NCBI GenBank assembly: GCA_950097015.1
Contig: CATNEN010000038.1
Span: 22,878,001-22,942,000, forward strand
Source of the DNA: Macrostomum hystrix
Lineage: Eukaryota > Animalia > Platyhelminthes
Reading direction: 5' to 3'
Length of the DNA: 64,000 bases
Part shown: positions 49,063-59,908 of the stretch, piece after piece
How the letters are laid out: every line of letters begins with the position of its first letter
How positions within the stretch are numbered: position 1 is the stretch's first letter
Notes under the pieces: generated by a model
Database searches by the model: none
Told to the model about the DNA's origin: nothing
What the model saw: the letters and a program-made list of their open reading frames with translations, nothing else
Translations under genes and position numbers: made by a program

Positions 49063-49292
49063 TAGGCCTTGTGCTTTGCACCTTTGTGCTTTTGGGTTCT
49101 CGAAGCGGTTGTACAAATTTAGAGTTGCCATAGACAAGCACGAGCTGTTATAAAAAATAAAGCAAATACTATTAGACTATTTGTTGCATGAAGATCCGTA
49201 GTCCCATTATTAAGCAGAAGCAACAGAACTTACTTTGCTATTTGCATGTCTCAGCACGGCTGAGGCACACAAATAAATTCCTGGGGCACGAA

Positions 49293-49832
49293 ATGGAAGC
49301 ACCGCGACGGCGCCCTACCGCCTCCGAGGTGTTGGGCGGCAGCTTCGGCGGCGGCGCCTCCGTCAGACCTCGAATCAACGTTGTGGCTCCAGAACTTGGA
49401 TCCGATCCGAGCGAGATGTCTATCACAATGGAGACCCCGCCGCTTCGAATCGGACCACCCGGTCACGAATCGTTCGTCCGTCTGGCCGACGTTGAAGATG
49501 ACCCGAACCAGAAGCTAATCAACTGTGAGGAGGAGTACGCCCAGGAGCGCCTGGCCAACACCAGCCTCGACAAGGATCAAACGGAAGACGACATAACCCT
49601 GGTCGACCCCAACGAGACCCTGATAGACGATTTGTTGAAGGATTTCGATCTGCAGCTTCTAATTAATAAATGCTTACGCAAATCTGTTCGATTCACTCGC
49701 ACGGCCGACCGTAGCGCCCGGATCTGCGGCCTGCGTTGGCTTCGCAACCTGCAGCAAAATCACATCAGCGTTGTGGCAGGCAGCAATCACGAAGCTGACG
49801 ACGAGGACGACGAGGATGTGCCAGACGATTGA
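49293..49832 (+). CDS. Uncharacterised acidic protein, 179 aa, single exon
   Basis: Non-repetitive GC-rich ORF in AT-rich flanks, with an AAATGG start context and AATAAA near 50043. No family recognised. Confidence 0.6.
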   Translation: MEAPRRRPTASEVLGGSFGGGASVRPRINVVAPELGSDPSEMSITMETPPLRIGPPGHESFVRLADVEDDPNQKLINCEEEYAQERLANTSLDKDQTEDDITLVDPNETLIDDLLKDFDLQLLINKCLRKSVRFTRTADRSARICGLRWLRNLQQNHISVVAGSNHEADDEDDEDVPDD

Positions 49833-50199
49833 TGAATGACAGACAGACCAGTGTCTTATCAAATGGAAAGGGAAATAACATGCTTTTCGTTAATAACCAG
49901 CCCCTCACCTATGCTGCCTCATTGACTGGTTATTTTGTGTTTCAAGTCTGTCCTACGTCGCATATTTTTCGGTAACTTGTGAATAGAAAAAACTCTGGAT
50001 TTCATGCGTCACTTTAATGGAAAGGAATATTTTTATTAACGAATAAATTTACTTTCTGTTTCCACCTGCTTGCCAAGTATAACGGTAGACATTGATGCTA
50101 AACATATTTCACAGTGCACAGAGCAAACTTGATTAACGAGTGAATCCGTCAATCAGGTCGCACACCGGTGACACCCCTGTCAAACCGGGGGCCAACAGG

Positions 50200-50757
50200 T
50201 CAAGCCTTTTTCTATCAGGTGGAGCCCTTTCTAATAGGTGAAGCCCCTCTCTAACAGGTGAAGCCCCTTTCTAACAGGCGAAGCCCCTTTCTAACAGGGG
50301 AAGCCCCTCTCTAACAGATGAAGCCCCTCTCTAACAGTTGAAGCCCCTCTCTAACAGTTGAAGCCCCTCTCTAACAGGTGAAGTTCCTTTCTAACAAGTG
50401 AAGCCCTTTTCTAACAGCTGAAGCCCTCTCTAACAGGTGAAGCCCCTTTCTAACAGGGGAAGCCCCTTTCTAACAGGCGAAGCCCCTCTCTAACAGATGA
50501 AGCCCCTTTCTAACAGATGAAGCCCCTCTCTAACAGATAAAGCCCCTTTCTAACAGGCGAAGCCCTCTTTAACAGGTTGAAGCCCCTTTCTAACAGGGGA
50601 AGCCCCTCTCTAACAGGTGAAGCCCCTTTCTAACAGGCGAAGCCCCTCTCTAACAGTTGAAACCCCTTTCTAACAGGTGAAACCCTTTTCTAACAGGTGA
50701 AGCCCCCTCTAATAGGTGAAGCCCCTTTCTAACAGGCGATGCCCATCTCTAACAAGT
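50200..50757. repeat. 20-bp minisatellite
   Basis: AAGCCCCTTTCTAACAGGTG units. Confidence 0.9.
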
Positions 50758-51013
50758 TACACCCTGGCGTACCAGTTAGTGCACGCCTTACAAATCCTGC
50801 TTACTGGATTACGATTGCAATCACAAAAATAGAAGCAAATTTTGTATGATTACCATAGACATAACGCACGTTTTTATATTCAGTTATTTCTATTCAATCA
50901 ATATCTCCGTGTATTATAAAGTTAAAGCATTATATACGAGTTACATCTGGCTTAATGAGAAGATTCAACTCAATCTAATTGTGCATATTTCGAACATACG
51001 TTAATTAGAAGAT

Positions 51014-53673
51014 ATGTCTACATTTTTGGAATATCAACAAAAAACTAGACGACATCACAACAGTAAGTTCCTCTTAACAGCTTTTTCTCTAAACTAAAAG
51101 TTAAAACAACTCGGCTAACAAATTAATTCACACGAGTGCAACATCGATTCGAACTAAGATTAGACAATGACTCTTCCGTCATTGAGTTTCACACTCGAAT
51201 CCTTTCTCTTGCCCTATCCCAATTCCTCTTTCTTTTCCTCTCGCATTTCCTGTCCCTTCCCTCTTTATGATACTCTCCCTTCCCTCTCCGCTCTTCCTTT
51301 TTTCTCCCTTCTGATTGGTCCGCCTATCACTCTCTAGCCTCTTTCTCTTACCCCAGTCGCGCCACCCCAACCCCACTCTGGCCCTTCCCATTGGCTTCTC
51401 CCTAACTATCTTCTCCCTATGTGCTTCAAACTGCATTCAGTCAAATTAAAAGCAAAAATCTAATCTGAAATCGCCGTTGCCTCAGCTGAAACCAGCGTTG
51501 GTAGCAACGACAAGCTCTCCAGAAAGGGCAATCATTGGCTATCCAACCTGTTGGAGAATGATCAGCGAGCAGCGTTTGAGAATAAAATTAGCGAGTCAAT
51601 CCGAGAACTGCTAGCTCAGGTGCCACAGCTGCTACACTCCAGTGAGCCTTTACTCTCTTATTCTTTGTTATTTCTAGGCTTGAAATTCGAATGAGGTAAA
51701 ATCTACAATCCACTATATTAAGCCAGATTAATTGGTGTCAAGGGATATGCTAGTCCTAGCTAGAGCAATTATATTATCATCTTATTAATAATTAGGTGTG
51801 ACCAACAATTATTATGTAACTTAAACGGCGCGGAGAGGGGTTGGCGGACGATAACAAGAGTGGGGTTGGGGTGGCGCGACTGGGGTAAGAGAAAGAGGCT
51901 AGAGAGTGATAGGCGGACCAATCAGAAGGCGACGGAAAAAGATCAAACGCAGCTGAGGTGAACACCAGACAGAATTAGAGCGTGAGAATTCTGACAGTGA
52001 AGAATCGAAGGTATGCAGACGAGAGTGCAGAGGTACGAGATGAGGGGCATGAAAGTCTGGACCGCCATTTAAATTTCAGTGTAAGTTTTTCACCTATCAA
52101 GAATAATAAAAATAACTTAGAATCAAAAAGCATGGTAATAATATTTAGGTTATATTATATTATATTAATATTATATTATATTATATATTATATTATATTA
52201 TATTATATTATATTATATATTATATTATATTATATTATATTATATTATATATTATATTATATTATATTATATTATATTATATTATATATTATATTAATAT
52301 TAGGTTAAAATATTTTTATTATTATCCTTAAATTATTTTCATCACAGTAAAACTACTGGAAGTAATGCTTTAGGGCATTATCGCTGTTCGGTTAGCGCAG
52401 CACTCAAATTTTTTTGTCTCAATAATTATTTAACTTTTTAGTGATCTCAGTCGCATCACTAAATCTAACAGTCTAAATGTACTTCATAATCCTGATGCTT
52501 TAGCAATCCAAATATTTTCATGGCATTGTAATTAAATGTAATAAGGGTAAATTTTCAGGTACAGAAGAGGTTGTAGCCTGGTGGTAGAGCATGGGACTCA
52601 CGACTTGAAGGTCGGCGGTTCGATACACGACTCTACTGGAATAATTAGCGTTCTTTACAAGACACCTAACTCTGCGTTGGGTGACAGCATTAGCTGGGTT
52701 TTAATTGAGGGCGTGTGGCTTCCTTCAGTCCACGGACAGTCTTCAGAGGCACCGCACAATAGCTGTGGCTGTGCTGTCAGCTGTGCATCTGGCCCTGTAC
52801 ACTGGTACATCATTTGGTGACAGTAGACACAGTAGACACACAGGTGTGTACATCTGCCCTGAAGTTCTTATTGTACAATCTCACTATGAATTGGAGGATT
52901 CGTCATCGAGGTTTATACAGAGAAATGTTACTTGTTCTTGTCACCGGGGTCTTAGACAAGAATCTTTGAATATCTCGACTATTTGCTGACGTCGGATGGC
53001 TTTGAGAATTTGTTCATCCGGAAAGGGAGAAATTTTTCAATCCATCAGGTTGACTTTCACGAGAAACGTTTAGTAGCTATCGTGAAGTAGCAGTGGGTAT
53101 TTGAAATCCGTTGTGGTCTATTACCCAGGGGGCGGAATATCATGATCTTCCCATAAATTGGCTCATAAGCAGTCATTATAGTGTCCGAGTGAAACAACAG
53201 ATTCTGTTCTCTAAATGTAAACAGTCTCATTACTGCGTTTGGCACGCGAGATCAACTGGTACGGCAGCATCATTCTCGTCATGTACGGCTACGTGTTCCG
53301 CCTGCTACTGAGGAAGTCGACCGTTCGAACTAGATATGAATTCTGCGACTTCCTTGTGGACTATGGCTTCTCGAATCTGATCGTTGCTGAAGTGGCTATA
53401 CTAATCCGAACCTATTTTCTGATGTTGCGTTTTCATCGGGTTATGCTGCAAATCAAAGTCTACTACAACAAGTACAAGGGATTGAAGAGCTACAAAGACC
53501 TATTCTATTCGATGGGACCAACTGTTGTGTACAGTTCGAATGTGTGCGACTCCAACCTGCATTCCGAGATGCACCGGTCTTTGTTACGCTCCGAAAAACC
53601 AAAAGACGACTCAGATGACGAAGAAAGTTTCGATTACTCGGACTATTTCGATGATGAATCTGAGCAGATTTGA
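51014..53673 (+). CDS. Uncharacterised protein, predicted 3 exons, ~217 aa, acidic C-terminus
   Basis: Exons 51014-51062 (A|GTAAGT), 51486-51641 (CTCAG|..A|GTGAGC) and 53225-53673 (AACAG|) all join in phase 1 into one open frame. An extra exon near 52956-53050 cannot be excluded. Confidence 0.55.
51307..51929. repeat. Perfect 73-bp inverted repeat (51307-51379 and 51857-51929)
   Basis: CCTTCTGATTGGTCCG...CCCCACTCT and its exact reverse complement. Confidence 0.93.
52150..52285. repeat. (TATAT)n-type microsatellite
   Basis: Pure AT simple repeat. Confidence 0.9.
52567..52750 (+). mobile_element. tRNA-derived SINE, family 2 (diverged)
   Basis: GAGGTTGTAGCCTGGTGG...GGTTCGATAC; similar to 37927. 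Confidence 0.5.
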
Positions 53674-54299
53674 ATAATTCTATTTCCTGCTTGAAAAAGC
53701 TATTTAACCAATCAGATCAAAGTGAATCTAAAAATGGAGTGAGGTGGACGCTTAAAGGAACTGCCGTTAGCCAATCCGATTGATTCTTGTTAAATGAAAC
53801 CGCGTGTATAGTTGAATAAGAAAAACTAACTTTAAGAATTGGGTAAAAAATAACCCAAGGGAAACAGATATTTGTTAAACTATGCGTTTTTAATTCTTGC
53901 ACAGTTGCTAAATTTGTGATGTGATCAGAGTATTTACATCTCAAAGAATTCCCGAATCGCTAAATAAAACTGCTGTTTAACAAGTTTACCCCTTTATTTT
54001 GAGGTGTATAAGTACATAAATTTATTCCATGTTCCAGTTTATTTTAATTCAAACAATAGTAACTAATATTATGATGTAATTACACTAATTACACTAGCAA
54101 TTATCTAAACAGATGGGACCCTTGAAGCTTCTAAGCCCGTCTCTTGACCCATTTTAGTGCATACTCAACTCTGTCTCATACCACCCGTGTTTCAACTGTC
54201 TAATGTCTCATCCCTGCACCCGTGTTTCAACTCGTGTTTCAACCCGTGTTTCAACCCGTGTGGGATGAGGCATTATTATCCTATTATTAAGATTATTAA

Positions 54300-54678
54300 G
54301 ATAATAATAATAATAATAATAACTAACAATTGCAGGAGGACTGCGGGCAATGGCACATCACTTATTGACACTAGACCCGCAGCCAGCGAGGAGGCAATTC
54401 TGCCCATTTCGCTGACTCCTGAGCACACACGCACACGATACTGTACGCAGGCATACGCTCACACAGGTGTGTACATCTGCCCTGACTTTCTCATCGTCAG
54501 GCAGTGTTCACTCTCACTGTGCCTTGGAGGTTGGCCCTCAAGGACGTAAATTGCACGACAAGCCCCCAAAGCCTTCTCTCCGCGGCTGCGCCCCAAATAA
54601 ATGTGGCCTCGCCGCGGAATCGAGCTGAGGGACCTTGGCGCGAGAGGCAAACGCGATAACCGCTCTGCCACCGACCCC
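54300..54678 (-). mobile_element. tRNA-derived SINE, family 1, copy B (most complete)
   Basis: Homologous to 5670-6012, with a longer 3' tail ending in (TTA)n. Confidence 0.85.
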
Positions 54679-56574
54679 TTTATTATATTTGAGCAATTGT
54701 TTAAACAGTGGCGAAAAATATCAGGTTTTAATTTTTAATTGGTATAAATGATACATTTTTTATCCTGCATACGCTCGTAATATATTTTCATGGTTCGTGC
54801 AACCAAACCTGAATAATATTTTAGTAACCAGTTTCCCTACTTTTCTAGAATGATTGTTCAGTACCTTTCATAAAAACTAATAAACCTCTTAATAAATTGA
54901 AATATTAATACATACACAGCAGCGCCATATGTGTGCTTCCTGCTTCTTTGGTCCTTCGCAGAGGGCCCGTGTCAACACGTCAATTTCTTCGCATATTTTT
55001 CTATCAATCTTAATAAAATAACCCATGCTTGTAAATGATGGTGAGTTACTCATAAATTTTAAAGTATTTTTTCTTCTCGCTTTTATGCTTAAAAAATTAA
55101 AATGTTATTATTTCTATAACATCGAGATAAAAATCTAAAAAAAATAACTGCACGAATGAATAAAAAACTAACTTGAACCTTTATCGTTCCTGTCTCATGT
55201 GGGTATATAAATTGAAACAAATTAATGAATTATAAATTGCAAGATTAATGGCTTCTCTAACCTAGCCCAGTCAGCAATCATAGGCCTTGGCTGATATCGA
55301 TAAATGGCTTCTGCGTGGGCGTCGCCACATGATTGAGTGTTTACGATTAGCAGATAATTTATAGTTTCTGCTTAATTGAAATTGCAAAACCATTCTACTT
55401 AATTAGTTTGAGGTTAAACTGTGACTTCTACGTAAGTCCCTTTTCTGGGAATATCGCATTAAAATTATTGCTGGACATTCAAGGGCTTCTCAACAGATGG
55501 AACTATAGCCCACTATGGACACCTTGACGCGAAGTTCTCTAATTTCACTGATTAAGCCAAATATTAGGCGCAGCTGCTCAACCACAGGACACCATCGCCT
55601 AGTCTGTCCTTGCAACGAGGCTTAAACAACACAAGAGCATAGTCTCAATAACATTCTTTTTTTTAGTTTTAATTTTATGAGGCATTGCAATAATTATATT
55701 TAATCAGACAAAATGCATTAGATCAATACAAGAACTTGGTCCTGTTTAACAGTAGAAATACCACGGGGAGATTTCAAATACACACAATTCCCCTTTTTCT
55801 GTATCTCCCAAAATATTCAAATATACAAAAAATCTGCTACCACTGTTGACTGTTTTGGATGCGTTAAATTGTTAATTTTATCATTTTTTTTAACGAATAT
55901 GTATTTGCCAATCGCCGAATATCTTGACGATGCCTGACTCGGACGGCTTCGAAAATTAGTTTGTCCCCAGCCGGTCTGGGGAGCTATCGTGAACAAGGCA
56001 GTATATATTTCAAATATCCTGTGGTCTTTCCCCCTTGGGGAGATAAATAACGTGGTGTTTCTGCTGTTAAAGAGTTCAGGTAATAGGTTAGTAAATCAAA
56101 ATATGGACGTATTGGTAAGCTTCTCCAACATGAAGTAGGTTTATCCGCCTAGGCCGCCCACAGCCCACAAAACTGCTATCGGCAACTTTACAATTTTATG
56201 AAGTGTAAAGACAATTCCCTTGTCTCATCTCACCCCAGTCTCATTTCTACCCCGTCTAATCTCCCACTTCTCATCTGATCTGCGCCTAATCTTCCATGTC
56301 CAAACGAAATTCTGCAAAGGCGACCGACTCTCCTGGTTGCGCCACTGTGATTGGTAAGATAATCTATTTAGAATCATTTTATTTTTCATTCTAAAGAACA
56401 CAAACGCATACATTCTAACGGTACCACTATCAGTAGTCAAAAAGGAAGACGTGAATAATTTTCGGAGCTATTTTAATCAGAAGATTTCAATGCCAGCCAA
56501 ACTCCAGTTAAAAATGTACGGTAAAAGTCATGTCGATAAGTAAAACTACTTTTTAAAGGGCATTGTACCATAGA

Positions 56575-58730
56575 CTATAATTTGTTGGAGCCAGTGGAGC
56601 CGGTCAGAGCCATTCGCCAGACGTCACCATGGCATTCGATGACGCCTTCATCGGCAAGAAACTGCAAAGCCTGGCCAAGATTGCGCAGAGCACCCATCCG
56701 TAGTGCCGGATCGCTCACCTCCGGATAGACAGCGTCCAGGAGGGCTTCCGGCGATGCGCCAGCTGCGCCAGCGCTGGTCACCGCGAATCGCACCTGGAGA
56801 GGATTGCAGCAATGGATAGGCTCGAGTTGGGGATGGTGAGTAGCAGAGGAGATTATCGCGTTTGCCTCTCGCAACAAGGTCCCTGAGTTCGATTCCACGG
56901 TGAGGCCACATTCATTTGGGGCGCAGCCGCTGAGAGAAGGCTTGGGTGCTCTTAAGGGCTAAGGCACAGTGAGAGTGTACACTGCCTGACGATGAGAAAG
57001 TCAAGGCGTGAGCATGTGCCTGCGTACGGTATCTGTGTGCGTGTGTGCTCAGGAGTCAGCGAAATGCGCAGAATTGCCTCCTTAAGTTGGACGCTTGATT
57101 TGAGAACCCAAGTCGACATTCATAGAAAAGCTTTACCTGACTAATCCTCTGCATCCTGTGCTCGATGTACTCTCGCAATTTTTCAGCCGGCTGATGAATA
57201 ACATCGCCGTGAGCTGAGTACATCACACGCAAGTCTGTTAGGCCCTGCATGAGGCGCAGAGAGCGCATGTAGCCAGTTAAATCCTCAAATACGCCGCTAC
57301 CGTGGCCAAGGACGGAGTCGCCACAGAACAATGCCGATTCTTGAGAATACAGCAGGCACATGTGATCATCTGTGTGACCCGGAGTGTGAATTACCTGGAT
57401 ATTAGTGGTAGGCACATAAGATTTCGGGAAGCTGGATCACCAAGATGTCAATTTCAAGCGCAGTAGACAAAATCTAGAGGATCTGGGGAGGTTGGGAGAC
57501 AAAACTTATGGTCTGGGAAGGTTGGGAGACAAACCTGATGGTCTGGGAATTTTGGGAGACAAAACTGATGGTCTGGGAATGTTGGGAGACAAACCTGATG
57601 GTCTGGGAAGGTTGGAGACAAACCTGATGGTCTGGGAAGGTTGGGAGACGAACCTGATGGTCTGGGAAGGTTGGAGACAAACCTGATGGTCTGAGAAGGT
57701 TGGAGACAAACCTGATGGTCTGGGAAGGTTGGGAGACAAACCTGATGGTCTGAGAAGGTTGGGAGACAAACCTGATGGTCTGGGAAGGTTGGGAGACAAA
57801 CCTGATGGTCTGGGAAGGTTGGGAGACAAACCTGATGGTCTGGGAAGGTTGGGAGACAAACCTGATGGTCTGGGAAGGTTGGGAGACAAACCTGATGGTC
57901 TGGGAAGGTTGGAGACAAATAGCGTGATTAATTTTTAAAACAGCCTGTTTTAATGTGTTTCCGCACCTTCAGCTGCACATTGCCGCATTGCACCAGGTCG
58001 CCGTCTCGCAGGTTGTGGAACACCAGACCGTCGGTGTGCGGCGGCTGCGGATTTGTCACCGAGGGAAATTTGTGCAGAGTGGCGTAGGCTGCCTGATCTG
58101 ACCAGAGCATCTGCTGAAGTGCCGCGGCGCTGCCCACGTGATCACCGTGCCAGTGAGTCAGTACCAGCTTCTCCACTGTGCAGTGTTCATCTCGCAGAAC
58201 CTAGAAAAAAAATGGTTTAAGACTCTATCTAAAGTACAAAAAGGCTTCTAATACTCGTAGCGCTTGTTAGCATTTGTATTACTATGCCATAGATATATAC
58301 ATCGAGTACTAGTGTTCTAAAAGAAATAGCACCAAACCCAGTTGGGCCAGATGTACAACTGAGAGCACAGTCGCAGCTGCTGCACAGCGCATCAGAAAGC
58401 TTCATACAGCTGTTCAGTCCATGGACTGGTAGATATTAGTATCATGTGACAATACTGAATGTTTGCTATTCCAGATCAAGCATCCTATAATTTCACATGA
58501 TTGATATCACATTGACATAAGTGAGTACACATGCTTACTTGACGAACTAGATCAATGTAGTCTGGCCTATCTGGACTGCTAGTGTCAATCATCAGGCGCT
58601 TTGGCCCAGTGCCAATTAGGTAGCAGTTGGTGCCCTGCAGGGTGAATGGGCTTGGATTCTGACCTAGGATCCGAATTATTGAGCTAGAAAGGCGCTGTAT
58701 ATCAGCTAGTTTTGGCAGCAATGAGACCAT
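56575..58730 (-). CDS. LACTB2: Endoribonuclease LACTB2 (metallo-beta-lactamase fold), ~300 aa, 4 exons
   Basis: Exons 58730-58539, 58200-57967, 57394-57137 and 56793-56575, all phase 0. Motifs RILGQNPSPFTLQGTNCYLIGTG, THWHGDHVG (HxHxDH), HTPGHTDDH, LFCGDSVLG, AHG, YIEHRMQR, and a C-terminal winged-helix-like segment. Confidence 0.93.
56828..57083 (+). mobile_element. tRNA-derived SINE, family 1, copy C (LACTB2 intron 3)
   Basis: GAGTTCGATTCCACGGTGAGGCCACATTCATTTGGGGCGCAGCC body, with internal deletions. Confidence 0.8.
57478..57919. repeat. 29/30-bp intronic minisatellite
   Basis: GGGAGACAAACCTGATGGTCTGGGAAGGTT units. Confidence 0.92.
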
Positions 58731-59908
58731 TTGAGATGTACTGAAATTGGAATACCAGTTTGCTCATATTATCAAATTAGCTAGCGCTAGTTAAATCACA
58801 AATAATTTTTGCAATATCTATTGTTGAATGAGTTAGCTATATAACTTAAATATTCAATTCTTACTTCGTAATGAATCATTTGATATTATAAGAAAGACAT
58901 TGACATTGTGTATAACTATTATTTTCTTCAATTAAATATTTGCAAATGGTTTAAAAACAAAAATTATGAAATGCTATAGATTTTAGCTTTAGATAAAAAA
59001 CCATTAATTAAAAAAATGCAAACTCATTTAAGCCATAACTATAAAATGATAGCTACTCGTATGTAAAGATAGCTATGTAAATGATAGCTATAGCTAGTTA
59101 TCTATATCAACTTGATTAGCTATCATGCCATTAACATTTATAGAATGATTTTATAGTTTGTAGAATTCACAAAAACGAATATATCTTTTTTAAAGTAGGT
59201 GGTGATGCAAAAAATCTACAAACTTTTTTAGCTTATATATATCGGAGCAAATAATGGGATAAAAAAGTAAATGCATTTTTGTTTATTGCTTAACTAAGCA
59301 ACTCAGGGAGTCAAATACAAATATATTAAAAACCAGGATACCACTACCAGATTCAATTTACCAGGTCAGATTTAGGTTTTTTAACCTGAAAAACTCCGCA
59401 AGAAATAAAGCGATACAAAAAATTAAATTTTTATTGATACATAGCCAGCTTTCAGCTGGGAATACATAACAGTCGTTACAGCAAGCGCGCCTACGCTACT
59501 TTAACTTAAACACTTACCCATTTCACTTACTTTAATAAAGTTACTCGAACGAAGTAAGTCAAAATTTGTCTAGCTTCTTATAAAGAAATCAAAGGTCACT
59601 AAAAAAGTATTAAAAAGTCATCAGATCATTTTAAATAACAAAAGAATATGCCAAATGTTTAGCGCCCCTAGTACTATATAGTAGGTGCTTATTATTTGTT
59701 TTTTCATAATTTCATTTTCTTAGAAGTTATCGCGATGTTTGAAATGATAGCGGTCAATTTTGTCACGATCTGAAACCTACTCAGGTTTTATATTCGAAAA
59801 AGTATATTATTGCTTTTTTACTTTATTTTTATTACTTATATAAGCTCAATTTCAGTTACTTTTCTAATTATCATAAAGAAGCAGTAGCTTAGTAACTTCA
59901 AATAACCA

